Shown here: positions 12,051 to 24,798 of the stretch, piece by piece
Numbering within the stretch: the stretch's first letter is position 1
Layout: every line of letters starts with the position of its first letter
NCBI GenBank assembly: GCA_051530055.1
Contig: CM121342.1
Coordinates: 3,409,489-3,473,488, forward strand
Length of the DNA stretch: 64,000 nt
From: Neoechinorhynchus agilis
Taxonomy: Eukaryota; Animalia; Acanthocephala
Direction: 5' to 3'
Notes under the pieces: generated by a model
Database searches by the model: none
Told to the model about the DNA's origin: nothing
What the model saw: only the letters and a program-made list of their open reading frames with translations
Position numbers and translations under genes: made by a program

Positions 12051-12898
12051 GGTGAGTGCTCAATACTCAGTTTCACAAGGATCGTGTCTCCTTTTATACT
12101 ACCGAGATTTGGAACAGAGATCTAAACAATCACAAGAATTCTCTCACATTGAACAACATTCGAATATGTTGAACAATACAAAGGACAGGGAAAAAAGATT
12201 GTTTTGATGACAATAAAGACGCTTAGAAGAGCGGACAAATTGAACACATTCGAATGCAAGAAAACCATTTTCATCCGAGCTATTGAATATACAATCATTT
12301 CGTGATTTGTGTCGACGAAAAAGAGAGGTTTTAGATGTGAACTCCTGCCCTATTAATTCCTGGGAAATCGAGATTGAATAAAGGATGAAAATTAAGCTAT
12401 TGGTTTTGATAAGAGGCGTACTCATGACAGCGATCTTTCTTTAAATCGGAATTCCGATTTTAATGAAGTGAACGATCAGTGTTAATTATTTTGATTAGAA
12501 GTGTTATTAAGGTCTTCACTCGGTAAATAATTTTTTTATTAAAGACGTTTCGAAACTCATCGGGTTTATCATCAGTTTGTTAGTTATTTATAGACGCTTA
12601 TTAACAAACTGGCGATGAACTCGGCGAAGGAACATTTCGGTCATATAAATAATCAATGTTTTTCCATCTCACAAGAATCGTATCTCCTTTTTTTTCCATA
12701 CCGAAATTGCAAACGGATATCTAATCAATCGGAAGTTGTTTCATGAGTTGATTACCACATTTAAAGGATCCTTCCTTAAACGAATCGATAATCGATCGTC
12801 ATGAATAATATAAAATCTTTTTGATGTGATTGTTGGCTATTGAAAGGACCTTTTCTGTCAAACTTTCAAATAAGTAACCATCTCATGGAGTTAAAGAT

Positions 12899-13123
12899 AA
12901 AATCCATGAGTATGTGGCGATGGGGAAAAATTATATATCAAAGAATCAATTTAATTGAAATATTTCGTCCAATCTCACTGGACTTGTTCAGTCAACAGAT
13001 CTAATCGATTAGATTTATTTACAATAATTGACTGAAGAAGTCCAGTGTGATTGGACGAAATATTTCAATTAAAGTGATTCTTTGATATATAATTTTCCAC
13101 ACCGCTACATACTCATGGATTTT
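12899..13123. mobile_element. Fold-back element (~105-bp arms) carrying inverted hammerheads
   Basis: AAAATCCATGAGTATGTGGCG...CGCTACATACTCATGGATTTT arms around a central AATCGATT palindrome. Confidence 0.9.
13025..13071 (+). ncRNA. Minimal type I hammerhead ribozyme (PLE type), apparently intact
   Basis: Stem I TAATTGA/TCAATTA (7 bp), core CTGAAGA, extra A, stem II GTCCA/TGGAC, GAAA, palindromic ATAT, H17=U. Predicted cleavage after 13064. Confidence 0.8.
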
Positions 13124-13258
13124 GATATTAAATAACAAATAAATCTATCGAATGTCGGTACGTGAGATACCGAGGTAATTGACTAAATTTGACGCTCCGA
13201 TCGCTCTAAAATTAAAAGGAAAATGGAGTTGGATGAAGACCTAAACAGTAAATTTAAT

Positions 13259-13393
13259 ATTTGTTGATAGGAGAGATAAATGAAATTAAGATTTTATTGG
13301 ATATTTCGATCCACTATCTCGGATCTTCTTCAGCGATTGTTAAAGTGTTTTATTCGCACTTAAACGTCTCATTTATCGCTCCTATCAACAAAT
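13259..13393. mobile_element. Family A element with terminal inverted repeats and one minus-strand hammerhead (13296-13337)
   Basis: ATTTGTTGATAGGAG...CTCCTATCAACAAAT ends; minus strand reads CTGAAGA-A-GATCC-gagatagt-GGATC-GAAATATC. Confidence 0.85.
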
Positions 13394-14599
13394 AACAATG
13401 AATTATCTTTTCAACAATAAATTAAATCTATCAAATGATATCTTCTTTCGTGCGAAGTGCATTCTTGTTTATCTTCGTATCATTGGTTCCGATCATTCTC
13501 GCCATCGATTGTTTTCTTGTCCTCTAACTCGTTTTTACGCTGTTGTTATTTCAAAGAATGTAGTTCAATTCTACTCAGCTTCCGATTAATAAATAATTAC
13601 TTAAAGATTTTCTTTTCTAAAATATCGATTCTGAACTTACTGCCGTTTAAAAAATTTAAATTCTCCCTCATCTTCCGAATGGATCTAAATAAACGTGATT
13701 TTAAAATATAGAGAATTTCAACGTTCTGTGTTAAATCCTTAAATGTTATTTTGTGGCGGAAAATTGAACGAATTTTAGTTATAAGTTGTTTTTAATGCAA
13801 AATCATTTGTTTGACAAGAAAAGATAGTAAAATCATTGACACCATCGCCTTTCTGAAACACTCAACTGCCGTCCTGGTGTAACGGTCGAAATGAATGAGT
13901 TTGCGTTAGGTTTTATGGATTTTTTTGGCTATATCTTCAGCTGATGGATTTATTGGAGAATATTCGCACACAACTTGGATTTTAGTCCGCTATTTCGTAT
14001 TGCTTTAAAAGTTCCTCAATGCATACTCACTTTCGCATGCGATACTTGCGCGTTTCTGAACTGCGCTTCGTTGAACCCAGGCTAGATTTTTTTTATTTTG
14101 CAAGGCATTGTTAACACTGTTAAAATTTCTATATATCTATGAAACAGTCAATTATTGTTACAATCTAGATATTTATGCTGAAAATTGCTTTCGATGGCGT
14201 CTAAACCTTCATTTTAAGTGTTTGTGCATTGATTAATGGGTAATTCTTTTTTTAAAGCATAATTTGGTCGCTAACGGTTACTCCCCTGCCCGGTGATTTG
14301 ATGAAAATATCGATTTAGTGTGCGAATTACTCATCATTGAAGCAACATTTCACTGTTACAAATTATCTATAATATAATTAATAACTTTTTTCCCGATGCA
14401 AAATAGACGATTTCGGTCCTTATTTCGATTGGACTGATGAGAAGAACTAACGCGTTATTTTCCTGTTTTCTCTCTTAAACAGAATTTTTTTATAAAACTG
14501 CTTTCAGTCACTTTGCATTGAAAACGTCCGCCGAATCGTCCTGGCAACAATGTTGGTCAACAGAAACACACCCAAGAGATAGTATGTTGCTAGAATTTT

Positions 14600-15340
14600 T
14601 TATTTTGTCTATTGATATTTAACTTTAGTCTCAGATGGCACTGTCAGGTTATGCGGCATCAATTGAATTATTCCAATTGTTTTTATATGGCGGAACCTGG
14701 CCACTGAATATCCGCTATCCAATCTGGATTCATTTCGGACCAAAATGGTTTCGTTTTCGATGAAGTTGTCTTTTTGATTTAAAGTGGTTGAGTATCGCGG
14801 AACTGGCGTCGGTGCTGTGTTCTTTAGTTCTCCTTTAAAAAATTGTTTGTCCTACATAGAATTTGCTACATTCGCTGCAGGGAAAGCTGTAGACCACAAC
14901 TTTGCTTTCATGTTCCTCTCGTTTCTTCACAATGGATCCTAGTGGTTTCGCTATTCTAGGTTTTTGGATGCAGTTCGTTTAATCAGATTCTCCTGGCTCA
15001 CTGTTTTCTTTCCATAGAAGACTTTGAGCCTTTAGTTGATCACAAACCTATGGGATATGAGCACTTTTTCCTTAAGACGAGATGGAATTAGTTTCAAGAC
15101 AAAACTCGCGCATTTCGTACTATTTTTCAGTCGAAAGTTCAAATCTTGTTTCTTTGTTTCCTCGGAAATTAGGACCAGGATTATGGTCACCAGGTCCTAA
15201 AGGATTTTCTTGAAGTGATCCTCGTCCCTCCTCGGATTGTGTTTTCGGTTGCAACATACTTTAAAGGTAAATTAGAATGATTCCAACGAAAGCTTTTCGA
15301 TCTTTTTTTGGTGGTTTTAATCGTTCAACATATAAGGACT
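14600..15340 (-). mobile_element. Decayed Penelope-like element (thumb and GIY-YIG endonuclease remnant)
   Basis: Minus strand translates as VVVYSFPCSECSKFYVGQTIF*RRTKEHSTDASSAILNHF, the PLE GIY-YIG signature with CxxC; stops present. Confidence 0.8.
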
Positions 15341-15938
15341 AATATATGTTTTTATGCTCCAACTCATGATTATCGTTAACATGAGAAATAGAAGGACGTG
15401 AGTGATGTTAGTATTGGTCGAATGCATTTCTCGTATCGTTCAAAAAGAGCCCTTAAATTCCGTCCATAACACCCCCTCCGTTATTTCATTCAACAAATGA
15501 GGTTTAATCGCGCAATAGTTGCTGAAGAAGATCAACAACGAGCTAGAATGTGGAAATATATACAACACAGTTTTCCATGCTGAGGTATGGTCGTATTTAC
15601 AAAAAAGAAGAATATCCCAGAGATTAAATGTGATTCTAACGAACATCATGCAAAACTATAATATAAGAGGCACATTGAAGCCTGCTCATCGACGTGATTG
15701 GAGTTTTCGGATACCAAGCAAGATATAAGCAAATATACAGTATATGTCCTTCGAGATTTCAAAAGAGCCGAAGCATCGTTCAATTTGCCTTTGAAAGTCT
15801 AAATTGAACAAGTTTAAGATGCTTAAATCTCAAAAGAAGTCGCACCATGCACGTCGTGATTCTCCATAGCCAAACTACGCGATATCAACAAACATTTCTG
15901 GGCCATCATATGATAGGCACTGATGGTTATATAGTCGT

Positions 15939-17263
15939 TCATGGCCTGGATTTCCCTCTCAGCTTGTACTCCACATTGAAGACTTTCTTTATGTATACGT
16001 TGGAGTTCTTCGATATGACAAAGAGAGCACAAATAACGACGTTCACTAACGGCCGTGATGCACAAGTTTCTAAAATCTTCAAGAAATAAGAAAAAAACAA
16101 TATCTTCACTACTAACATTAAGTACTTGCAATGAACTGCCAATCTATCGTCTCCACAATATTCAGGATGCTGCACATCCGTATATATCAACAAATCTCTA
16201 AAAATCTATTTTTATTACGTCTCACTTCAAAACTCATACCTACGTTATGAACTTTATCGTCGAATCAACGTACTCACTGTCACCTGCATTTATTCTTGAT
16301 TTGCAAACTCGGACCGCTGCTAGGGCGTACATTACTGCAGCTTCCAACAATCGAAGAATCCTTATACAAGGATGAAGCTAAAATAATTATTCAGGATTCT
16401 GATTGTAGTTATAGGTATAATTCATGAAAAAATATGGTGACTTGCATCGGCGAAAAGAAATTAATGGTGTTGGGAATGTATTACGATACAATTTTCATCT
16501 TTTCGTTTTTGATTCTGGAGAAATTTCGATGGCGGAATTCTTTTCTGATTTAGAAGTACCATTCGCAACTAACCGATTCGTTCACGGTCCGCTTTAGTTC
16601 GGTAGCTTCATATACGAGCTTTGGATTCTCCGCCATTCTTTTGATATTGGTCACGTTAACCCTCTCAGTCTGGCGTCCACGCCTATCATCTGTACTAATG
16701 CCCGGTTGCCCACCTCGTTCAGAAAAGCGCTGCCTTTTAGCATCAATTACAAAACCATTTTGATTATGTCGCTTTCCGAGCCTTGGACTCGCTGAATTCG
16801 AAGCATACTTAAATGCAGCGAATTCATCAGAATCAGGTTCCAACCCATAGTCTGATCTCTGCAGACAGTTTAACGATCCATTATTATCTTTACCGTTCTT
16901 AGCTGGTACAATTACTTGCTTTTCCTCATCCGAACGTGTCGATGGTTCCAAATGGCTGCTTTCAGCAAGGAGTTTTTTTAAATCCTCGGCATTATTTAAA
17001 CCAAGCATCTTTTTCAAAGGAAGTACAAGAGATCGCGTTCGCTTTTCGCCATTTATTCTGACTAGATTTTCATCTTCATTTCTTTTAGTGCAATGCTGAT
17101 TTTCAGTTGCTTTTTTTATTACCAGTTCGGAAAGGTCAGGTTCGTCAAACATGGTGGTAGCGCTTATTTTCTCCACGTACCGTGCAATCTTTGTATCACA
17201 GATCGGTTTCTTTAGTTGTTGATTGTGTTGGACACTATCGGTTTTACTTATTTTTCCATTCAT
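15939..17263 (-). CDS. AF4/FMR2 (AFF/lilliputian)-like protein with C-terminal homology domain; 5' end unresolved
   Basis: Spliced reading YEATELKRTVNES...LLEAAVMY...YVDSTIKFITDLLIY...DDRLAVHCK parallels the AFF CHD (EAKKLKH...YLDAVVSF...YSETVDLIKY...DKRLTVLC). It is preceded by a low-complexity charged region. Confidence 0.55.
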
Positions 17264-20200
17264 TCTGTGAGTATGTCAGTGTGGATGCGCTCTGAAAAGT
17301 TCGTCATTTTTAAAGGGAATGTGATTTTTTGGGGTTGTAAGCAAAAAATGAAGGTGTGGAGGTATTTGAGAAGGAGACAAGGCTCAATTCTTCTCATCAG
17401 TTGCCAGGCAGCATCGTTTCCAAAAAGCCAAGAGATGTGGTGCACGCGCAAGCAGACTATCATGAGATTAGTGCCACGCAAACAGCAGAAACGAGCAAAA
17501 GAAAGAGGCTGCATGGACTGTCGGGAAGCTGTCTTTCAAAAAATGTGAGTAAAGTCATTCTCATGCACCCGTTCCCTTTCCAGCGGAGAAAAACGAACGA
17601 AATGTATATTTGCAATCTAATCGTTGGCAGCACAGGTGTCGAGATATGTGAGTGTGCAAATGTATGTGAGTATTTATGGGCGAACGAACTATGTTTCAGT
17701 GAGCATTTTCTCTACTAAGAACCAATCAGTTGAACAAAATTGGATAAGTTTGTCTTTGTTGAAACAAAGTAGACAACGGATGTGCAGGCGCTGCAAGGAG
17801 CCGAGACAAGGAAATAATGTCTAGTCAGCTATTTGGCATTTGCAGGAAATGTGATGGGTGACATGCAATAGGGAACGGTTGCTAAAAGGCGGCAGCATTG
17901 GTATTCTCTGTAAGTCCACTAACGTTTTTTTTGGAAAAATCGTCTGTTTGTAGCTTGGAGACTTCAAAACTCACAGTTGACAATCAAAGAAGCATAGAAA
18001 GGCGCATATACGCCGCACGCATTACTTGCTCTTCCCCTCCCCCTCAATGTTCTCAACAGTTGTTTCCTTCTTGAATTTACACAAAAAGAAACTGAGCCAA
18101 GGATTAATAATTGAAATCTGCGGCTTTTTTTTCAATTAATTCCATTCCTCAATGCAGATCGTGGCAAATTATTATCCCAAATGGCTGACGAATAGATAAC
18201 TTGGAGAAGGGCGATATGAGTAATGGGAGGAAAAGAAGCGTGAAACAGAACTTTATTAAGAAAAGATTGTCTTAAGTGCGTTCAGGGGAGGGGAGTAGCC
18301 TAATGCTGAGTCATTCGAATGAAAAAAGATAAGAATTCAAAACTAGCAAAATCATCAATGAGGAAAGACCAACTCTTCTATGAGGTTATTCATCATCTTA
18401 CCAAGGGGATATACAGGCGCCTCAAAATATTTGACTGATGACAAAAACAAGTACATTCATGTCAAAATGATGATTCAGAAATGAAAAGTGAATTGTCTGT
18501 CAGTCGCAGAACAATGACCTCGTTATATTTGAATTTGTAGTCAAAATAATCATTAACCTACGTGGATTCTTATTGGCTAACGAAATGATATAGATCCGCA
18601 CGCGAATCTTCCAAGATCAACGAGATTCGAAATGCAAAATTTTGTAACTCAAATGACTCACGGTTCTCTAAACGAATTGGCATAAAGGAGTTATTGAATA
18701 AAAACATACTTTTGAGGAACCAATAAACCGAAATTTTTTTGCTTCGGAATTAACGACATGTCCGTCAATACTCAAAAAAAGACCAAGAAATGTATAGTTT
18801 TACTTTAATTTAGATGAATTCCAACTCAAATGACACCTTTTGCGTAGGAGTGAGCGTCCATAAATATGCCTATAAAAGGGTTCGAAATGGGCTCTTACAA
18901 AGAAATAAAACCAACACAGGAGAAGGTTACTGAATTATGTTATAAGATAACAAATGAACATTGAGCCATTTTATTTTAAATGTTATTTTGGTGAGCGATT
19001 ACGATTATGAAACAAGTTGTGTTGAAATCGAACATCGAAACGTAAAATATTTTTCATCAGCTAGATTTTAAAGGCTATTTAATGAAAAAAAATTGCAATT
19101 ATCTTTAGTAGATTCAAAAATTAAAGGCTATTTGTTTTTTCTTTGCCACAGTGTCAATTTGTTTGGCAGCAAAAATATTAGGTAACAAAGTTTTCGAAAA
19201 TCATGCCTTCATTTTTACATTTGCTGTTAAAATATTAATCCTAACATCATAAAATGTGTCAGAATTTTTTAGACGACACTATAAATCTCAATTATTTAGT
19301 ACAATTGTACAGATTTTACAATTTTTCCTTAAGTACATCTAAATGTCCTGTACGATTTTGGATTTTTTTTAAAAAAGATTACATAAAATCGTTTAAATGT
19401 GGATACTTTTAAATGGATGAACTTCTTACTCAATTTGGATTAATAGTACTTTAATGACCGAGACCAAAGGAACATCGTGTTCAATTTGTGGCGAAAATCA
19501 CACGTTCTCAGCTCTTTTACTCATGAGTTCCATGTGCAACTCATTATGTAGCAACAACAAAAAACGTTCACATTCGAGAAATACGTCCCTTTCCCGATGT
19601 ACAAATATTCCTCGGAATTTTGCGGAAACACGTTTGGGAGGCATTTCACGAAACATGCATAAACTGAACATTACAATGAAACCATTGTTCAAAAACACGA
19701 GTACATTTTTGGTACAATGAAATGGCCTTAGAAAAACGTGATTTTGGATGTCGTTGTAAAACCACACGCTGCTAATGGTGAAAATGTTCAAATTTTATGC
19801 GTCAGAACAAAAAAAACGAGAAACACACAATTTGCTGAAGAAATGAGGGTTTTAAAACGTTCTTAAAATTATTTAACATATCCATTTAAGGGACTTGGGA
19901 GCATAAACCCGTCGCTAACTTTAAAACCTTACAGCTTAAAAGAAAAAACGAGAGCCTACATTGTTTCCACAACAAGATAAAATGATTAAACATTGATTTT
20001 CAACGATTTATAGTAAGAGCTTCTTGTCAAGTTCATTTCTAGCAGTGAGCTATACCAGAAATTCAACCGAATCTATCCCGATAGACTTTTCGAATGCCGC
20101 GAACTACAAGTGGTTACATGTCTAAGAATTCAATGCACGTCGAGATTTTGAATATGTTTTTATCTTAATGTTGCACACAACATAACTTCACCTTGAGATA

Positions 20201-20489
20201 GCGAGTAAGTTTAGACTTTTCTTTAGAACTCGTGGCTATACAGGGATTTGAGAAAATCTTAAAACTTCCCATTATGACGGAAATGAAGAAAAAGTGATGA
20301 AAAATTATTAAGAACGAACACCTAAAAATTAAGAATAAATTCTTATCGACGTGATTGCCTCTTTGATTAAATTAAAGTGTCTTTTATGAACACAAATCGG
20401 TAAGCTAAAAATAGAGAAAAGCCACAAAAAAACGTAAATGCAGGTGAAATAATCTTTAAAAGTTCAACTAAAAAAGCTTATTGAGTGAC

Positions 20490-21340
20490 AATATTTTAGA
20501 AACTTGATTTAGTACATCTCAACGCGCTGATACCAAATCTTTTCTCGGATTTGCGATAGCTGCCACGGTTCTTGAGTTATTCGTCTTTCAATTTTTAGAC
20601 CAATAACCCTGATTATTGATATTAAAACATCAATAAATTTCAAATTAAATAACTTTTTCTGGAACTACTTTCAACACTGATTTCACCTGCATATTCCGTT
20701 CATTGTTGCTTTTAAAATCTTTTCATTTAGTTTGAAGATTGATGTTCATAAAAGAAACCTGAATTTAATCAAAAAACCGATGATCCACTTGAGACCTTTT
20801 AAGACATTTTAGGTATTTCTGAGTCGGCGATTTCAATGGTGCTATCCAATTTTAATGACTAGCAAATTTAGTGTTCTTTCACTTTTATGACTTTTAACGA
20901 ATTATAGCCTTGCGATTTTCAACGTTAATAATATATCTAGCAATATTTAAGAAACTTGATTTATTACATCTCGATGCGCTGATTCTAAATCTGTATCCGG
21001 ATTTGCGATAGCTGCTACTGTTCTTGAGTTATTCGTTGTTCAATTTTGAGACCAATAACCTTGATTATCGATATCAAAACATCAATCAATTTCAAATTAA
21101 ATAACTTTTCTGGGTCTACTTTTGACGCTGAATTCATCTGCAATAACGGTTTCTTGTGGCTTGTTAAATTTTTACACTTGGTTTTAAGATAAAAGTTCAA
21201 TAAAGACACCTGAATTAAATCTGTGGTGCTCGAAAGTTGTTACGAAATGATAAAACATTTTGAGCATATCAAATGCGCTGATTTCAATGGTGTTATCTAA
21301 TTATAATGAATCTTGCAAGTTTAGTGATCTTTCACTTTTT
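20490..21340. repeat. Diverged tandem duplication (~450 bp x2), with an inverted partial copy at ~20350-20480
   Basis: GAAACTTGATTT..TACATCTC..GCGCTGAT...GGATTTGCGATAGCTGC..GTTCTTGAGTTATTCG occurs at 20490 and 20942. Confidence 0.8.
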
Positions 21341-21354
21341 GGCTATGTGCGAAA

Positions 21355-22067
21355 GGAGAAAAAGTATCAGCCGTGAGCCCTAACACTGATACATAAAAGT
21401 TGCCGGCCTACCAGACTTCGAAAAAATAGAGCTCAAAATTTGAAATCAAAACTGGCTGAGTATGTCTAAAGCTCCTGATCCCAGTTTGGGAAAGGGGATG
21501 AAATACCGATGAAGGGATTAAACTTACTGATGAGTCTCACCTCCTCGGGGAGTATCTGAGGATCCCGAGGGATGAATACAAATGATTGTTCTTGGAGGAT
21601 ATTAAGTTATTTTATGCACTTTCCAGAACCAGATCGATGGGTTATGTCTTTAAGGAGAAGAAAAAGTATCAGCCGTGAGGCCTCACACTGATACTAAAAA
21701 GTTGCCGGCATGCCAGACTTCGAAAAAATAGAGCTCAAATTTTAAAATCAAAACTGACTGAGTTTGTACATTCCGTAGTTGTGCCGAAGTGGTCATTTGG
21801 ATTAAAGCTCCTGATCCCAGTTTGGGAAAGGGGATGAAATACCGATGAAGGGATTAAACTTACTGATGAGTCTCACCTCCTCGGGGAGTATCTGAGGATC
21901 CCGAGGGATGAATACAAATGATTGTTCTTGGAGGGTATTAAGTTATTTTATGCACTTTCCAGAACCAGATCGATGGGTTATGTCTTTAAGGAGAAGAAAA
22001 AGTATCAGCCGTGAGGCCTCACACTGATACTAAAAAGTTGCCGGCTGGCCAGACTGGGAAAAAATAG
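21355..22067 (+). repeat. Family C tandem repeat (~300-336 bp x2.2), possibly a tRNA-derived SINE
   Basis: Units start at 21355, 21654 and 21990 (AAAAGTATCAGCCGTGAG); an inverted homolog lies at 63620-63845. Confidence 0.85.
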
Positions 22068-22572
22068 AAAGTTTTTACGAAAATATTATTTAAAAATTGA
22101 TGGAAACGCATTTCATTTTAATTGAATCAATGGAAAAAAAGTCAGTGAGTTCGTTTGGCTGCTTCATTATTTATCCGAAACGAAATCTTAAAACGAACGA
22201 GTATTTTCGTTGTTTAAAATAAGTAAAATTAACTGTTTATTTGGCCTTCGTTATTATCAAAGATGTTGTGACAATAGTTTAAATCGATACAAAATTACTT
22301 CTTAAATGATTTGTGGGCATCGTCAGAATTATCGGTTATTTGAATAGTATTTCTCAACTGTAACATGCCCTACGTTTTGTATTGGTTTGCGAAAAATTCC
22401 ATTTTAGAATGACCTTGCAATGATTTTTTACTTCTTTGATAAAAAAATGCAGAAAATCCGTACGGATTGTTTTAAGTTTGGAAAAGTCCTTGAAAGGTAT
22501 TAGGGCAATCGCAAAATCGTTCTACATCTCAAAGGACATGATTTTATCATAATAACAATGCGTTTCAATTAA

Positions 22573-23941
22573 TCAAACGAATAAATTGTAGTAGACCAAA
22601 GCGGTAGAGGCACATAAAGCAATATAAAATCGACTGATTAACACATTGGCCACTTTAAAATTTCGTTCTAGTTGAACTGAAAGTACGGCTGCGGGTACGT
22701 TAGCGATAAAAAACGCAACAAACAAAAGCGTGCCCCTGTTTAATCCGAGTACTAAGATTAGTTCGTGAATAAAACCTGATAAAGTGAAGACTATGATCGA
22801 AGCTACCATTTTCGTGCATTGCTTAGTTAGTGGCTTATAAATCATATCTCTCAAATATCGATGAACTGGTTGGTTCCAACGATTCCACAACTGCATCAAG
22901 TTCGAAAAGTTCCACCATTCGTAATAAAACTCACGGTTTAAGTCGCCTGTAAATTCTCCCATTAAATTCAGAGTGTTTTGAAAAACAATGTAAGATATTG
23001 TAAAGTGCATCATCGAGGCGAATGGCGTTAATCGAAATATAAGAACAAGAAGAGGTGCTAGATCGTATTTAGAATACTTATTTAGATGCTCATGAATGAT
23101 TGGTATTGCCCAATCGCTTGTCATGATAATAGATAACGCACTGAAGGCCATTATTTCGAAAACGCAACGTAAAATCATCGAGAAACGAATTCGGTGATAA
23201 AGGCGATCCGATGGATTAAATATAAGCCAAGGATGGTATACAGTAATCATAGAAAAGAAATCGTCAATCGTCTAAGAAAATCAAAGCTAAAATGTACTTA
23301 CATTTGGCCGATAATTGGCGATCAATACGCCGGTGAAAGTAATTTATTTAAGACCTTAGCAACGATAAAAACGTATATTTAATCCCATTTTGCCCAGATG
23401 TAACTATTTCGCAGGGAAAAAAATAAATTATATTTTAAAATGTAGTCTGAACCACCAACCAATTGACGATCTCTTTCATAAAATGTGTGAATGACAAGTG
23501 CCGCTCGTATTTTCGTTCATAACAATAAAAAAGGTAGGAGCACATCTTTAGAAATACGAGAAGGCAATAACCTGCTCCTGAAATTCGTAGACCAATCTGT
23601 GAAGGACCAACTATTGGATTGAAAGGAGTGCATAGATAACCAGTTATAATCAAAAAAACGGTTTGTGAAATCCCAAATATCGCGATCCTGGTCCGTTTCG
23701 ATAGTACACTTGATTGTGCAACAAAATATGCAAATAGTATCATCACATTTCCCAAGGTTATAAAAGTCCCCAGAATTAGGAGACCGTCCATTAAATTATA
23801 GACATGATCAAATGAAATCAAAGGAGACATGTCCGCATATCGTCGATTTATAAAGCCAAGGAACGTAAATAGAGTCAGAATTCCAATCAAATATTGAGTA
23901 TCTTTGGCTACAACTGCGTACCGCATTTTGGTAAATTGCAA
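22573..23941 (-). CDS. MBOAT acyltransferase, DGAT1/SOAT family
   Basis: REFYYEWWN...WNRWNQPVHRYL and FTLSGFIHE (catalytic His) match DGAT1/ACAT motifs; multiple TM segments; intron between ~23450 and ~23275. Confidence 0.88.
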
Positions 23942-24535
23942 AATTCACGTTTTTAACGAACGATATGAGCCAAATGTCGCTTTTTCTCATTCTGTTGAGA
24001 GGAATTCCATGAATCATTCGCTGGTGCCACTTGACTGTTTTTCTCACAGTAGTCAGCAATATGGAACCCTTGCAGAAAAATAGTAAGCCGTGTTTCGTTC
24101 AGCATTTTATATGATTTGCCACAGTTCATGACGCCAAATCTCGAAATTGTACCAATAAAAATTAACGTTATAGTTCTTGAATAACGAATTTATTATCGCG
24201 CAATTTGTAGGTCGAATCTTATCCTTAAACCTGATGATATGTTTTATTCAAAAGCAAAGGCAACATAGTCCTTGTGAAAAGATCATTTCTGTTTGATTTA
24301 AATGGAAGCAACAATCAATCTTAACGAGTCGATGGATTTTTAAGATTATATTAAGCATTTTCTACAGGAATATTATTGTAAAAACCTCGGGGTTCATCTC
24401 ATCTTCGTCTCGGATAATTTAGACCCATTTAGCGGCTTTTTTATGGTTACCAACTTAAAAAGTTCCGCTATCCTTCTGATTACAAAAACCCATTTGAGAA
24501 CTTTGAATTATAAAATATATTGTTTTTATAGAGAG

Positions 24536-24676
24536 GAAAATTAAAAGAATTTATTGATTCCGATATTTCGGAGGGGTTGTTAAAGTGTTTTATTCGCACT
24601 TACTTAAACAACCTTGATAAACGCGTACAAGATTGTGCCTCCGAAATATCGGAATCAATAAATTCTTTTAATTTTT
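24536..24676. mobile_element. Family A-related fold-back element retaining only the GAAATATC half of the hammerhead
   Basis: AAAATTAAAAGAATTTATTGATTCCGATATTTCGGAGG / CCTCCGAAATATCGGAATCAATAAATTCTTTTAATTTT. The loop shares TTGTTAAAGTGTTTTATTCGCACTTA with the 13.3-kb copy. Confidence 0.85.
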
Positions 24677-24798
24677 CACTGGCATATAAAAAGATCATGA
24701 AAACAAAATTTCAAATGGACATCACATAATCTCGACACCAATATATTTACGCAACAATTTAATGCTAAAATTATTTTTTTACTAATTAATTGAACGCA

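Noticed and set aside
14400-14445. Degenerate hammerhead downstream of the 14.6-15.3 kb PLE (GTCC/GGAC, GAAA, CGTC)
   Set aside because: The core reads CTCATCA on that strand, so it is inactive. It is at most a relic and too uncertain to list as a feature.
15350-15800. Possible decayed RT fragment (YNTVFHAEVWSYLQKRRISQRL)
   Set aside because: Resemblance to the AYDxVxHxxLW motif is weak and unsupported by other RT motifs.
21495-21545. Complete type II hammerhead (GGGGAT-GAAA...CTGATGA-GTCTC)
   Set aside because: Stem III has a mismatch and no stem I hairpin can form; kept only as part of the family C note.
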